Below, one piece after another: positions 32,467 through 43,047 of a stretch of DNA of 64,000 bases (position 1 is the first letter of the stretch; each line of letters opens with the position of its first letter). A model generated the notes under the pieces. It was not told where the DNA came from, made no database searches, and saw nothing but the letters and a program-made list of their open reading frames with translations. Made by a program: the position numbers and the translations under genes. This DNA is from a bacterium (lineage in GTDB: Bacteria > Patescibacteriota > Saccharimonadia > Saccharimonadales > DATKHC01), in NCBI GenBank assembly GCA_021781215.1, contig JAJXXC010000002.1, positions 16,274 to 80,273 of the forward strand, read 5' to 3'.

Positions 32467-33720
32467 CTATATAGGATTACATGAATCGCCCGGGTTAGAG
32501 CCAGTAAGTTCAGTTTGCCCAACCAATGTAGGCGCAATCGAAGATGGTGATGGACCTGGTGTAGATGGAATGGGTCCAAATGGTGCATTAGATCCACCCC
32601 CTACCGGAGCTGTTGGCAATGAGTAAGATGGGCTAGACGGAGTCAGTTGATAATTCAAGGCTATGAATGGGTTTGGATTACCCGGCTGAGAGTATTCATA
32701 TAGATAGTTATAGTAATTGTCTACTATTAGCGGCTTACATATTGACTGGTAGGCCTGTAGCGCGAAGTTTGGTGGTAAGGGTATGCTATATGGTGAAGAA
32801 TTAGTGCCCAGTGGGTTTACATAGGCGCTAAGTCGCTTTAAAACCGTCCTAGATAATCCTGTAGCATCTATTTGAATTTGAGAATTCGAGAATGCTATTT
32901 GGTTATTTGAAGCGTCGTAGCCATTAAAATCTACTGTTTGAGGTGTACCATAGTAAAATTGAATTCTTATATAATAAGTGCTACTGGTATCTAGTCCGCC
33001 GATTGTAGATGTACAACTACCCCCCTGGCAAGAAGCAGGAATAATTGGGGCCGTGCCACCAGTTAAACTGCCAAAATTCACGTAAGAAGAGGCTGTATTT
33101 TGTGGATATAGGAAGAAGGTTCTTACATTAGTTTCAAGATCCGATACATTGGTAACTCCTCGCTGAAATGGGACTAAATCAATTCTTAGAACTTCTGGAC
33201 AATTTGACCAATTCGAAGACGGTAGGAATGAACTAGTTGACTGACAGGCACCAATATTTTTATTAGCGTCTGTCCAGCTAAGATTAAAATGATCAATACC
33301 GTTACCAACGCTTGCGATATGGGCTATTATCGCATTATTAGGGCAATATGTCGGACACTGGTATCTGAGGGTATTAGGATTAGCGTTAACTAGTATACAT
33401 GTGTATTTGGTATTTTGAGTGCTGCCAACGTCGGCACCAGTATAATAAGGACCGGTACAAGAACCTGTTTGCTGAGGAACGGGTAGGCCTTGATTTTCAT
33501 AATTACGAATTACCGAATAAGTATTATTAATTCCACTCTGAGCGGCATAAAGAGCTTGAGTACTTAAAACTTTGTTTAAAGCATTAACGCCTGCTTTGTT
33601 TGAAATTTGAGCAAAACTTAAAATTAAAATTCCAAAGATCATCATAACCATAATAGTTACGAAAAAGGCAGCAAAACCATTCTGATTATTATTTATAGTC
33701 GAGTGATTAATTTTTTTCAT
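32467..33720 (-). CDS. PilX_N-like minor pilin / large pilus-associated protein
   Basis: 417 aa. N-terminus NQNGFAAFFVTIMVMMIFGILILSFAQ resembles the PilX N-terminal hydrophobic segment. The remainder is S/T/N/G/Y-rich with several Cys pairs. Confidence 0.5.
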   Translation of the reverse strand: MKKINHSTINNNQNGFAAFFVTIMVMMIFGILILSFAQISNKAGVNALNKVLSTQALYAAQSGINNTYSVIRNYENQGLPVPQQTGSCTGPYYTGADVGSTQNTKYTCILVNANPNTLRYQCPTYCPNNAIIAHIASVGNGIDHFNLSWTDANKNIGACQSTSSFLPSSNWSNCPEVLRIDLVPFQRGVTNVSDLETNVRTFFLYPQNTASSYVNFGSLTGGTAPIIPASCQGGSCTSTIGGLDTSSTYYIRIQFYYGTPQTVDFNGYDASNNQIAFSNSQIQIDATGLSRTVLKRLSAYVNPLGTNSSPYSIPLPPNFALQAYQSICKPLIVDNYYNYLYEYSQPGNPNPFIALNYQLTPSSPSYSLPTAPVGGGSNAPFGPIPSTPGPSPSSIAPTLVGQTELTGSNPGDSCNPI

Positions 33721-33728
33721 AAATTAGA

Positions 33729-34391
33729 TTAATTTTGTGTATACGCCTGGGTGCTAAAACTATAAATTGCACAAAACGGTCCAATTAAAACCGTTGGCCT
33801 GCATATCCATTGACTGCCATTATTATTTTGCACTAGATTAGACTGATTCCCGTATAAGATTTCTATATTTACAGAATAAAGCCCACTGGAAACATTAGAT
33901 AACATGCTCTGATTATCATATACTGTATGATTTAGAATTTCCACATTATTGGGCGATAGCAAGGATTGAGTATCGGCACTAAGTCCAGAATTGTTAATAA
34001 ATTGCTGTGGTGAAAAACAATTTTGGCTGCCCAATACTCCCTGCAGAGATACAATCGGTATTTTATATATATTCCCTCCCGGAATATAGAAATATTCATT
34101 CTGAGTTGTGCAAAAATAATAATAAATAGTTGCCTGAGATCCGGTCTTTGTTACTTGAGCAGACTGATCAGTAGTTATTGAAGCAGTTGTGCTAAATTCA
34201 ATATCTCTTGTCATAGTATCCGAAAGGCTAACCGCAATATTCTGAGTTTGACCTCTAATAAAACCATTCGTATAGGTTTTAGATATCTGGATCACTCCAT
34301 AGGTAACAATAAATAGTACAGCCGTAAATACTGATGTAGCTATCAATAGTTCTATTATCGTAAAACCATTTTGATCAAGCTTCTTAATCAT
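33729..34391 (-). CDS. Type IV minor pilin/pseudopilin (class III signal peptide)
   Basis: N-terminus MIKKLDQNG|FTIIELLIATSVFTAVLFIV: G at -1, F at +1, E at +5. Confidence 0.65.
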   Translation of the reverse strand: MIKKLDQNGFTIIELLIATSVFTAVLFIVTYGVIQISKTYTNGFIRGQTQNIAVSLSDTMTRDIEFSTTASITTDQSAQVTKTGSQATIYYYFCTTQNEYFYIPGGNIYKIPIVSLQGVLGSQNCFSPQQFINNSGLSADTQSLLSPNNVEILNHTVYDNQSMLSNVSSGLYSVNIEILYGNQSNLVQNNNGSQWICRPTVLIGPFCAIYSFSTQAYTQN

Positions 34392-34858
34392 ATTGAAGCC
34401 TGATATGAAATACTTAAATTATCGCAATTAAATAGACTTTGACTATTGCAGGCGTGATTAACTGGATTAATACTCAAATTGCGCCAGTAAACGTTAATGG
34501 TAAATGTATAGTCGTAGGTTGTGGGCGGATTAGGAGGTGTGGGGGCTTGAAATTCATACATAAAAGCACCTTTTGTTTGTAGGCTAGAAGTAGCCTGATA
34601 ATTATTGCTACTATTTAAATAGAAATTTCCACCGGATGGATTAATAGAGGTGGGGTTGGAGGCTAATAGCTGTTTTAGAGATTCAATTTGACCAGAAGCA
34701 ATATTTAAAGCCGTTACTCTATTTTCTGAGTTTATAATATTATCTAATGAATATTGAGCCGATTGGTATGCGCCTGTTAAAACAAACGCCAAAATCACCA
34801 TTGCAATCAATACTTCGACAATAGTATCACCATTTTTATTTAATTTAAGTATTCTCAT
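34388..34858 (-). CDS. Type IV pilin-like protein with an atypical processing site
   Basis: MRILKLNKNG|DTIVEVLIAMVILAFVL: E at +5 is conserved but +1 is Asp rather than Phe/Met. 4-nt overlap with the downstream pilin gene. Confidence 0.5.
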   Translation of the reverse strand: MRILKLNKNGDTIVEVLIAMVILAFVLTGAYQSAQYSLDNIINSENRVTALNIASGQIESLKQLLASNPTSINPSGGNFYLNSSNNYQATSSLQTKGAFMYEFQAPTPPNPPTTYDYTFTINVYWRNLSINPVNHACNSQSLFNCDNLSISYQASI

Positions 34859-34869
34859 AGATTAATCCT

Positions 34870-35712
34870 CTAACAACCAGTATAACTATAATTTAATAAT
34901 AGGTTTGTTGCATCAGACTTTCCCTCAAAAGAAATCTGAACAAATTCTCTAGGCTCAAGTGGAGAGCTCAGGCAAACTACAACTGAGCCCACGGGATTGA
35001 TATTGTAGCCACCTACTACTCCGTTAACTACGCTGTCTGCATTTATATAGTTTATGGCATTAGAAGAAGCAGAGGCTTCAGTGGGTATGATAAAAAGATT
35101 GTTTCCGAGAGAACTATTGTCGGTTAAATTTGAGGTTTGAATATTATAAAAACCTACAATATCATTTACGATACCTACAGGATTTCCTGAATAGGTGACT
35201 TTAGAGACAGTAAATTGATCAGGTAATCCTACTACTTTAACTCCTTGGGGAGGAAAACTGCCCGATATCCCAGATCCAACACTAGCGAATACTTTCGCAG
35301 ACCGTGGAAAGGGTGGTGGTGGGTTAAGTGATGTTCCGCCAAATTGATTACCAACCAAACTATAAACATAATAAAAAGACGACCTTGTAGCTAATGGGTT
35401 AAATTGGATGGCTTTACCCACATAAACACAGCCCAAATTCGTGCCTTGGCTTTGAGCGACTGGTGAAAAATATGGTGAGCCCGAAACATCCTTACATGAC
35501 ACGGGACTATTAGTTGTGTAGAGACCATTTTGAACATCAGTGCTAAGCGACTGTAGCTCAGTATATATTTGTCTGGCGCCTGTATCAAATTCGGTTTGTT
35601 TCTGGTCACCGTTCATTGCCATAGCGGCAGCAACAAATAAAAATGAGGCTAGCCCAAGTACAATTAACACTTCTATTATAGTAAAACCGCGTGGTAAATG
35701 ACCACTATTCAT
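34870..35712 (-). CDS. Type IV pilin-like protein (minor pilin)
   Basis: MNSGHLPRG|FTIIEVLIVLGLASFLFVAAAMA. Confidence 0.65.
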   Translation of the reverse strand: MNSGHLPRGFTIIEVLIVLGLASFLFVAAAMAMNGDQKQTEFDTGARQIYTELQSLSTDVQNGLYTTNSPVSCKDVSGSPYFSPVAQSQGTNLGCVYVGKAIQFNPLATRSSFYYVYSLVGNQFGGTSLNPPPPFPRSAKVFASVGSGISGSFPPQGVKVVGLPDQFTVSKVTYSGNPVGIVNDIVGFYNIQTSNLTDNSSLGNNLFIIPTEASASSNAINYINADSVVNGVVGGYNINPVGSVVVCLSSPLEPREFVQISFEGKSDATNLLLNYSYTGC

Positions 35713-35758
35713 GAACTAAATTATAGCATAAGCGTAGTGCTATTACCTGATAAAGAGC

Positions 35759-36574
35759 CTAGCCAATTAATCCGGTATACCAATTCAAGATTTGTGACCC
35801 AAAGAAAAAACACAAGAACGTACTAAAAATTAATAACGGCCCAAAGGCTATGGTCATATTAGCTTTTAATTTCTTCGTTATTAACAAAAACCCCGACATT
35901 AAGCTGCCTGCTAATGAGGCCAAAAAAAGCATTAAAACAACTTCTAGCGGACCGCCCAATATAATGCCGAGTGCGATACATAGCTTAACGTCTCCCCCGC
36001 CTATCCATTTACCATTTGAAACCTGAAAAATTAAATAAAATATACCTGCCGAAAATAGCACTCCATATAATCGAGCCAATAGATAAGCTGAGGTTTGATC
36101 ATATTTAATATAGTAGATAGTAGCAAAGACTAGGGATAGAAAGATGGCACTATAAACTAAATTATTTGGCAGAATCTTATATTTAAAATCGTAGATTGCT
36201 AAACCTACTAGTATTACTAAAATTACCAACCAAAGCATCAACAATATATAGTCCCATAAGTTAAAGCTATATGGCCAGTAAAAGTATGATAGAGAGAATA
36301 GCACTCCGGTGATTAACTCAACTATAGGATATTGAAGACTTATGGCTTTGTGACAATATCTGCACTTGCCTCTTAATAATAACCAGCTAAAGATTGGGAA
36401 TAAGTCGACCGGCGACAATATATGCTTACATTTTGGGCACATTGACCTTCCCTTAAAAAATGAGTGTTTTTTGCTGACTTTTTTTGAAGAACTATATTTT
36501 AAGTGTAGCCTCCATACAAAAGAATTAATGAAACTGCCAAATATAAGACCGAGTACCAGAAAGATTATTGTCAT
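35759..36574 (-). CDS. pilD: Prepilin peptidase (A24 family)
   Basis: N-terminal TM, the cytoplasmic tetracysteine CPKCKHIL...CRYCHKAIS, and multiple TM helices with the conserved Asp-bearing GGGDVKL. Confidence 0.8.
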   Translation of the reverse strand: MTIIFLVLGLIFGSFINSFVWRLHLKYSSSKKVSKKHSFFKGRSMCPKCKHILSPVDLFPIFSWLLLRGKCRYCHKAISLQYPIVELITGVLFSLSYFYWPYSFNLWDYILLMLWLVILVILVGLAIYDFKYKILPNNLVYSAIFLSLVFATIYYIKYDQTSAYLLARLYGVLFSAGIFYLIFQVSNGKWIGGGDVKLCIALGIILGGPLEVVLMLFLASLAGSLMSGFLLITKKLKANMTIAFGPLLIFSTFLCFFFGSQILNWYTGLIG

Positions 36575-36643
36575 AATTTTTACTACTTACAATAGTAACA
36601 TCTTATATAGATAGAAAATAAGCCTGATATTGTTTACTGGTTT

Positions 36644-37255
36644 CTACTGAGCCTGCAAACAGTTCCAGTCAGGGGCACCAGATGTCTGTGAAGTATACAA
36701 TATAGCAATATTAGACTGGCTGCCTGCTGTAAGAACGAGTGATGGACCGCTTAGGGTTGCTGTGTTGGATGCGTTTTGGCAAGTGACTCCCGGATCAATA
36801 ACTACTACCCAAGGAAATGGTGAATAACTAGTAATGGCGCTGGCGAGCAATAAGGTGCCTGCTCCCGATACGCTTTCACTGCCCAAATACCATCCAGATG
36901 AAATAGTAGACGATGTTGATGCTGCGCCATTTAAATTAGCACTGTTAAAAGCAGTGGGTGGTGGTGGTTGCGTACCCGGTTCAACTAATTTAGAAAGTGC
37001 TCCGACGTTATTATATATATCTGAAAGCTGTGTATTCGAAGTTGGTACTATTCCATTATTATTTGAGGACCAAGTGCTAACAGCCGCTGCAATATGAGAA
37101 GCATCTGTCTTGGCGGCAGTGTTGGCTTGTGACCTTTGAAGGCCTGGAACAGCTAGCAATACTACAGCCATAATTAATCCGGCAATAGCCAGTACAATCA
37201 ATACCTCTATGATGGTAAAACCACTATTGTCATTACTTTTTAATATTTTATTCAT
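36644..37255 (-). CDS. pilA: Type IV major pilin (PilA-like)
   Basis: MNKILKSNDNSG|FTIIEVLIVLAIAGLIMAVVLLAVPGL: a canonical class III signal peptide and alpha1 helix. 203 aa, located between pilC and pilD. Confidence 0.75.
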   Translation of the reverse strand: MNKILKSNDNSGFTIIEVLIVLAIAGLIMAVVLLAVPGLQRSQANTAAKTDASHIAAAVSTWSSNNNGIVPTSNTQLSDIYNNVGALSKLVEPGTQPPPPTAFNSANLNGAASTSSTISSGWYLGSESVSGAGTLLLASAITSYSPFPWVVVIDPGVTCQNASNTATLSGPSLVLTAGSQSNIAILYTSQTSGAPDWNCLQAQ

Positions 37256-37349
37256 TGTTTTGGTGCCCCTATTATATATGATTAAAATTATATCGCTTAT
37301 GGCTATTGTATGCTAGTTAGAAATAGATAACAATACGAATATTCTTACC

Positions 37350-38576
37350 TTAAGTTCCTCCAGTAAAACTACTATTGCCCGCAAGGCTATAAATCGGAAG
37401 CAGTACTGCTGCAACAATGATAAAAGCAAAAACTCCTAAAACAATCATCAGAACTGGTTCAATTAATGTCGATATATTTTTGACCTCATCATCTACTTCT
37501 TTTTCGTAATAGATGGCCAGTCTCTCTAGCATTTGATCAATGGTTCCAGAGGCTTCACCAATTTTTAACATACTTGGCACCAATGGCAAAAAATTCTTAT
37601 TGTTTTCAATAGTTTCAGACAATGACTTGCCGAGTTTAACTTTTTTTATAGATTCAACGATTGTGCCCTCTATGTGGACATTGTTAATTGCCTTAGATGT
37701 AATTTCCAGAACCTGAATTAAGGGTAAGCCGCTACTAACTAATGTTGCTGCTGTTCTAGAAAATCTTGCCATATATAGTTTCATAAACAAAGGACCGATT
37801 GGCCAAATATTCATCTTCAAATTATCGAGGGTTTCCGTACCTACTTTAGTTTTTCTCCATGAATTTATAAATACAATGATCACAACTAAAACTAGAATGA
37901 TTAACCACCAAAAACCAATTATAAAATGAGATACGCTAAGCAAAACTCTAGTTAAGATAGGTAAACTACTGCCACTTGCAAGCCCATTGTATAAAGTCCC
38001 TACTGCAGGCAAAACTTTAACCACCATAAATGACATAACACCAAGCATGACAATTAATACGATAATTGGATAAGTAAACGCGCTTCTAATTTTTTTATTT
38101 ACATCAGCATCTTTCTCTAATTGATCAGCTAATCTTTCCAAAGATTTATCAAGCGACCCAGAGATTTCACCCGCGGCTATCAAATTTAAATATATAACTC
38201 CAAATACCTTTGGGTATGCTGATAGCGCCTGAGAAAGCGATTTACCAGATTTAATTGCATCAATTACCGACCGAATAATATCTTTTAGGTTTTTAGCTTG
38301 TGTCTGGTCCGCAGTATTAACTAGTGCCTGCATCAAGGGCAAACCGGCATTAATTAAAGTAGATAATTGTCGAGTAAAAAGTATAGTGTCTTTTTGTTTA
38401 ACTTTTGAGCTCGTAAAAGAAAAAGCTGAAAATGGATTCTTTAATTTAACGTCTATTGGATTTAGCCCCTGTTTTCTAATGGTTTCGGTAGCCTCTTTAA
38501 TGCTCCCGGCTATAAGATCTGAGCTTACTCTTTTACCAGTAGCAGCTTTTATTGCTGAGAATTTATATATAGGCAT
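37350..38576 (-). CDS. pilC: Type IV pilus platform protein PilC (GspF family)
   Basis: 408 aa, two T2SSF repeats, three TM segments. Confidence 0.85.
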   Translation of the reverse strand: MPIYKFSAIKAATGKRVSSDLIAGSIKEATETIRKQGLNPIDVKLKNPFSAFSFTSSKVKQKDTILFTRQLSTLINAGLPLMQALVNTADQTQAKNLKDIIRSVIDAIKSGKSLSQALSAYPKVFGVIYLNLIAAGEISGSLDKSLERLADQLEKDADVNKKIRSAFTYPIIVLIVMLGVMSFMVVKVLPAVGTLYNGLASGSSLPILTRVLLSVSHFIIGFWWLIILVLVVIIVFINSWRKTKVGTETLDNLKMNIWPIGPLFMKLYMARFSRTAATLVSSGLPLIQVLEITSKAINNVHIEGTIVESIKKVKLGKSLSETIENNKNFLPLVPSMLKIGEASGTIDQMLERLAIYYEKEVDDEVKNISTLIEPVLMIVLGVFAFIIVAAVLLPIYSLAGNSSFTGGT

Positions 38577-39646
38577 TATTCTCTCACCATTCTCTCTAAT
38601 TCATCAGCATCAACCGCAAAGCTCATGGCGTTATCAAAGGTTATAGTCCCTTTTTGGACTAGATTTGCTAAGGTTCTATCCATGGCCTGCATACCAAATT
38701 GAGCACCTGTTTGAATTACTGCCTCTAACTGATGGCTTTTGCCTTCTCTGATTATATTTCTTACAGCCGCATTGGCAATTAAAATTTCAGCGGCGGCAAT
38801 TCTTCCACCCCCAGTGGTCGGAATCAACCTTTGGGAACAAATTGCCATTAAAATACTCGATAGCTGTGTACGAATTTGATTTTGTTGGTGTGGAGGAAAT
38901 ACGTCAATCATTCTATCAATACTTTGTGATGCTGAATTGGTATGAAGTGTTGCAAACACTAAATGACCAGTCTCGGCGATAGTAATTGCGGCGGCAATTG
39001 TTTCAAGATCCCTCATTTCACCAATTAAGACTACGTCGGGGTCTTCTCGCAAAACAGACCTTAGTGCTACCCCAAAAGAAAAGGTGTCATAATGCACTTC
39101 TCTCTGAGCTACTACGGATCTAATTGACTTATGCATGTATTCAATTGGGTCTTCAATAGTAATAATATGAGCAGCTTTTTCACTATTAATTTTGTGAATT
39201 ATAGATGCCAAAGTAGTTGATTTACCCGAGCCAGTTGGACCCGTAATTAATACTAAGCCCCGCGGATAATTTCCAAACTCGTTAACAATCGCCGGTAATC
39301 CTAGCTCCTCAACAGTAAAAATCTTGGTTGGGATAAGCCTTAGGGCCATCGCCAAGTTGCCACTTTCATGAAATGAGTTAACTCTGAATCGAGCCTGATC
39401 ACCAAAAGCAAAACTGAAATCAAACTCCTTATCTTTTAGAAGAATTTGTTTCTGATCATCGTCCAATATTGAAAATATCAGTAGTTCGACATCAGCCTCA
39501 GTTAATGGTTTATACCCAGCAACCGGAGCCAATACTCCGTCAACACGAATCATTGGTGGCGTTGCCACTTGAATATGAAGATCTGACGCATTGCGTTTAA
39601 TAACTTCACTGAGTAGATTTTCGATTTTTAATTCTTGGTTCATCAT
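38576..39646 (-). CDS. pilT: Twitching-motility retraction ATPase PilT
   Basis: 356 aa. Walker A GPTGSGKSTT, Asp box, His box, and the PilT-signature AVRNIIREGK (AIRNLIRE). Confidence 0.85.
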   Translation of the reverse strand: MMNQELKIENLLSEVIKRNASDLHIQVATPPMIRVDGVLAPVAGYKPLTEADVELLIFSILDDDQKQILLKDKEFDFSFAFGDQARFRVNSFHESGNLAMALRLIPTKIFTVEELGLPAIVNEFGNYPRGLVLITGPTGSGKSTTLASIIHKINSEKAAHIITIEDPIEYMHKSIRSVVAQREVHYDTFSFGVALRSVLREDPDVVLIGEMRDLETIAAAITIAETGHLVFATLHTNSASQSIDRMIDVFPPHQQNQIRTQLSSILMAICSQRLIPTTGGGRIAAAEILIANAAVRNIIREGKSHQLEAVIQTGAQFGMQAMDRTLANLVQKGTITFDNAMSFAVDADELERMVRE

Positions 39647-39658
39647 ATTATCTATAAT

Positions 39659-41446
39659 TTATGCGTTGTCTGTAGCTGCGACTCTATCAACTTCCTGTAG
39701 AGTTGTCTGTCCAGCTAAGGCTCTTAAATAACCGTCCTGCCTTAATTCAATCATCCCCTGTGATATGGCAACTTTTTGGATTTCTTCACTGGTTACACGT
39801 TTCATTATTAGATTTTGAATTTCCTGTGTTACCTCAAATACTTCGAACAAACCCAATCTTCCGCGATATCCGTTCGGATAACCAGGGCTTTCGATTCCCT
39901 TATATAAAGTATAAGCATTTTGGTTAGCTAATGGCAAATTATCATAGCCTAAATCAGCCGAGACTCTAGCTACATCAGCGGGGGTTTTGGGTAGTAAATT
40001 CCCTACTGTCTTGTGAATAGCATCAGTCTCGATACTGCTGGATTGGTAAGCCGTTTTGTCATTACTAATTCTTCTAATTAATCTCTGTCCAATTACCGTT
40101 CTAACCGTACTGGCAATTAAGAATGGCTCAACTTCCATATCTAGTAATCGGGGCAATATTCCAGCCGCCGAGTTAGTATGGAGCGTAGATAGCACTAAAT
40201 GCCCGGTTAAGGACGCCTGCACAGCTAAGGCTGCGGTTTCACCATCTCGTATCTCACCAACCATTACCACGTTTGGGTCTTGTCTTAATATTGATCTAAG
40301 CCCGGTTGAAAATGTTAGACCTATATCAGGATTGACCTGTATCTGATTAATCCCGTCCATTTTATACTCAACCGGATCCTCCAAGGTCACAATATTTATC
40401 GAATCACTCTTAATTTCTTGAATTAAGGCGTATAGAGTGGTCGATTTACCCGATCCAGTGGGACCACTGGTTAAGATCATGCCGCTAGATTGTTTCAAAG
40501 ATAATTGGATAGCTCTAAGCGATCTACCGGTAAAGCCCATTTGATCGAGCTTAAGATTAATTCCGGTTTTATCGAGTAGCCTAATTACAACCTGCTCCCC
40601 CCACACAACTGGCGCTATGGCAATTCTAAGGTCGATTTCCTTATCTGGTAATTTAAAGGTAAATTGTCCGTCTTGAGGTATTCTATGCTCATCAATTTTT
40701 AAGTTAGACAGAATCTTAATCCTAGAGATTAGAGCGGCTTCAGTATTTTTTGGTAATATCATCAATTCACGCAAAATACCGTCAATTCGACATCTAATTT
40801 TCAAATTATACTCTAAGGGCTCAACATGAATATCACTGGCCCCATTATCTGCAGCATAGGTCAAAATAGTAGTCAGAGTTTTTGAGATTGGAGAATCTTG
40901 ATCGTTGGTAATTGAGATTTTTTTGCTACTTATTAGAGAGTCACCGGCATCAGATTCCTTGTTTTGTTCTTGATCTATATTTTTACCTATATTTTTATCT
41001 ATGAACGTTTGGTATTGTTTCAAGACTCTTTTTATACCGGTTTCACTAGCTGAATAGACTTTAAGCGGAACCCTAATCTTATTAGATAAAAAATCTACTA
41101 CCTGAACATTATCAGCATCCAACATTGCTACGACTAGATACCCCTGGCTCTTACCAAGAGGTACGGCCATGTATTTTTCAGCAGTTTCTTTAGGTAGCAT
41201 AGCTAAAAATTCAGGATCAACGTAGGCATTACTCAAATCTACATAGGGTAGTTTATTTATCTTGGCCAAAATTTTAGTTACGGCCTCTTCGGATATTTTT
41301 TGTTTATTTATTAAGTACGCCAGTATTGGGGTTTTAGCTTTTTCGGCTTCAAGTTTTAAGCTACTGAATTCGGTTGCAGAAAAATATCCATCTTGGATAA
41401 ACGTTTCTTCTAGTCGACTTTGGTTAACTGGTGAGAGTAGGCTCAT
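39659..41446 (-). CDS. pilB: Type IV pilus extension ATPase PilB (GspE family)
   Basis: 595 aa. N-terminal GSPII_E_N domain and C-terminal ATPase (SGPTGSGKSTTLYA, VGEIRD, HT...STLHTNSA). Confidence 0.85.
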   Translation of the reverse strand: MSLLSPVNQSRLEETFIQDGYFSATEFSSLKLEAEKAKTPILAYLINKQKISEEAVTKILAKINKLPYVDLSNAYVDPEFLAMLPKETAEKYMAVPLGKSQGYLVVAMLDADNVQVVDFLSNKIRVPLKVYSASETGIKRVLKQYQTFIDKNIGKNIDQEQNKESDAGDSLISSKKISITNDQDSPISKTLTTILTYAADNGASDIHVEPLEYNLKIRCRIDGILRELMILPKNTEAALISRIKILSNLKIDEHRIPQDGQFTFKLPDKEIDLRIAIAPVVWGEQVVIRLLDKTGINLKLDQMGFTGRSLRAIQLSLKQSSGMILTSGPTGSGKSTTLYALIQEIKSDSINIVTLEDPVEYKMDGINQIQVNPDIGLTFSTGLRSILRQDPNVVMVGEIRDGETAALAVQASLTGHLVLSTLHTNSAAGILPRLLDMEVEPFLIASTVRTVIGQRLIRRISNDKTAYQSSSIETDAIHKTVGNLLPKTPADVARVSADLGYDNLPLANQNAYTLYKGIESPGYPNGYRGRLGLFEVFEVTQEIQNLIMKRVTSEEIQKVAISQGMIELRQDGYLRALAGQTTLQEVDRVAATDNA

Positions 41447-41466
41447 ATTACTAAAATCTTTGCTTA

Positions 41467-41709
41467 TTAATGAGTGAATGGAGAATTGTTTGCGTTATTA
41501 CCAATTTTAACTAGTAGAGTTGGGTCAATAGAATTTGAGTTTAAATATTGATTACCTGGTAACTTAAAAGTGGTATTAATCGTGTTAACGACCGTAACTT
41601 CTTGCTGAGTAGAAATAAAATGCGACAGAAGTGCCGAGGTAACAATTATAGCCAAAACTGCACTCAAAAACATTGTGCTAATAATTAACGCTAAGTCATT
41701 TTTTTTCAT
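41467..41709 (-). CDS. Small single-pass membrane protein in the PilP position
   Basis: 80 aa, one TM (LALIISTMFLSAVLAIIVTSALL) plus a short extracytoplasmic tail. 4-nt overlap with upstream pilO-like gene. Confidence 0.35.
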   Translation of the reverse strand: MKKNDLALIISTMFLSAVLAIIVTSALLSHFISTQQEVTVVNTINTTFKLPGNQYLNSNSIDPTLLVKIGNNANNSPFTH

Positions 41710-42407
41710 TGTACAACCTCCGTGCTGGTATAGATTCCCGATGAAGGATTGTAATAGTAGGTTTGGGCTGTAATCGAAGCAGTTAAATCAGCGTCGGTAC
41801 CTGTCAATTGAATGGTCAATATATCAATTGGTGAAACCGACCTATTAATAACGGCTAAGAAATTCTGAATATTAGTATAGCTCCCTTGTACTGAAAACGA
41901 TATTGGAATAGGCACGGGCTGAGCAGACTGGACTAAAGATAGTGAATTATCGGTACCGGTCAAACTTTCGACAGTGATGCCCGGCATAGTAAACAATGCC
42001 TGCAGACTAGATATTATTGCCGGGAAGTCGTATGACTGAGGCAGTGCATCTAGAATAATTTTAGCGTTATTCCCAGAAGTTGAGCCATTACCGGTACTTG
42101 AACCACCAATTATATTGACAGGCTGATTAATAAAATTAGTGTAGGCACTTTGTACATTATTGGCAACCTGCTGATCCTGGACAATATTATTAATTGAAGT
42201 CCTTTGAGCCGATAATACTCGGCCTTGATAAATATAAAAACCAAGCAAAGTTTTGCTAGTAAAAAGTCCAAATATTAATAAAAATGAAGCAATTGCCAGA
42301 GAGGTCACAGCATTAGCTTTGGCTTTATCGATTTTAATCTTAGTATTTAGTTTAGCTTTCATCTTTTTACCCGTTTGACGTATTAAATAATGCCGCTGGT
42401 TGATCAA
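41706..42407 (-). CDS. pilO: PilO-like pilus alignment protein (bitopic); the true start is probably the internal Met at ~42362
   Basis: Basic cytoplasmic N-terminus, one TM (AVTSLAIASFLLIFGLFTS), then an extracytoplasmic domain. Sits between pilN and pilB. Confidence 0.5.
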   Translation of the reverse strand: MINQRHYLIRQTGKKMKAKLNTKIKIDKAKANAVTSLAIASFLLIFGLFTSKTLLGFYIYQGRVLSAQRTSINNIVQDQQVANNVQSAYTNFINQPVNIIGGSSTGNGSTSGNNAKIILDALPQSYDFPAIISSLQALFTMPGITVESLTGTDNSLSLVQSAQPVPIPISFSVQGSYTNIQNFLAVINRSVSPIDILTIQLTGTDADLTASITAQTYYYNPSSGIYTSTEVVQ

Positions 42408-43047
42408 CTGCAGACCTTGTAGTAATTTTATTCGGAACTATTAACTGAACCCCGGATACACTTGTAGCAAAGATTTGAGGAGAGAAAACAGCCGTAACTG
42501 AAAAATTTTGACCAGTAGTTGAGGCTGGAGAATAGGAATAGCTCGATAAAACAACTTTGCTAAACGCCAGTTGATTCGAGGTAGTACTACTGGTGGTATA
42601 TTCACAAAACTTTAGTGTATCGACGAAAGTATTTATTGAATCTATAGTATTGGCGCTACCGGAAAGACTAATCGTATTAGTGGTAAAGTTTAAACTTAGG
42701 GTCTTTATAGACACACTAGCTGGTGTTATGAGTGATAAATATTGGGATAGGCGAGTAACATCTGGCCTTGAATTATATAGTATCGGCAACGCCTTAATCG
42801 TATCGTTAATTTTAAGAATTGAATTTAAACCGGACACCTTATTTAAAGTAGCTATATTATTAGTTATCTGCTCCCTATTTTTAGATATGTTATTCCCTTG
42901 GACAATCTTAACTTCGATGAATAATCCGATCATTATTGCAATCATTAAGACAGAGCCTAAGAATGTGACTCTAGTAATGAGATTATAAATCTTTTTAGCT
43001 CTTATTTCGTACAAGACGGAATCTGGTAGTAAATTAAGTTGAATCAT
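42367..43047 (-). CDS. pilN: PilN-like pilus alignment protein
   Basis: N-terminal MIQLNLLPDS (the INLLP motif), one TM, and an extracytoplasmic domain. Confidence 0.6.
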   Translation of the reverse strand: MIQLNLLPDSVLYEIRAKKIYNLITRVTFLGSVLMIAIMIGLFIEVKIVQGNNISKNREQITNNIATLNKVSGLNSILKINDTIKALPILYNSRPDVTRLSQYLSLITPASVSIKTLSLNFTTNTISLSGSANTIDSINTFVDTLKFCEYTTSSTTSNQLAFSKVVLSSYSYSPASTTGQNFSVTAVFSPQIFATSVSGVQLIVPNKITTRSAVDQPAALFNTSNG

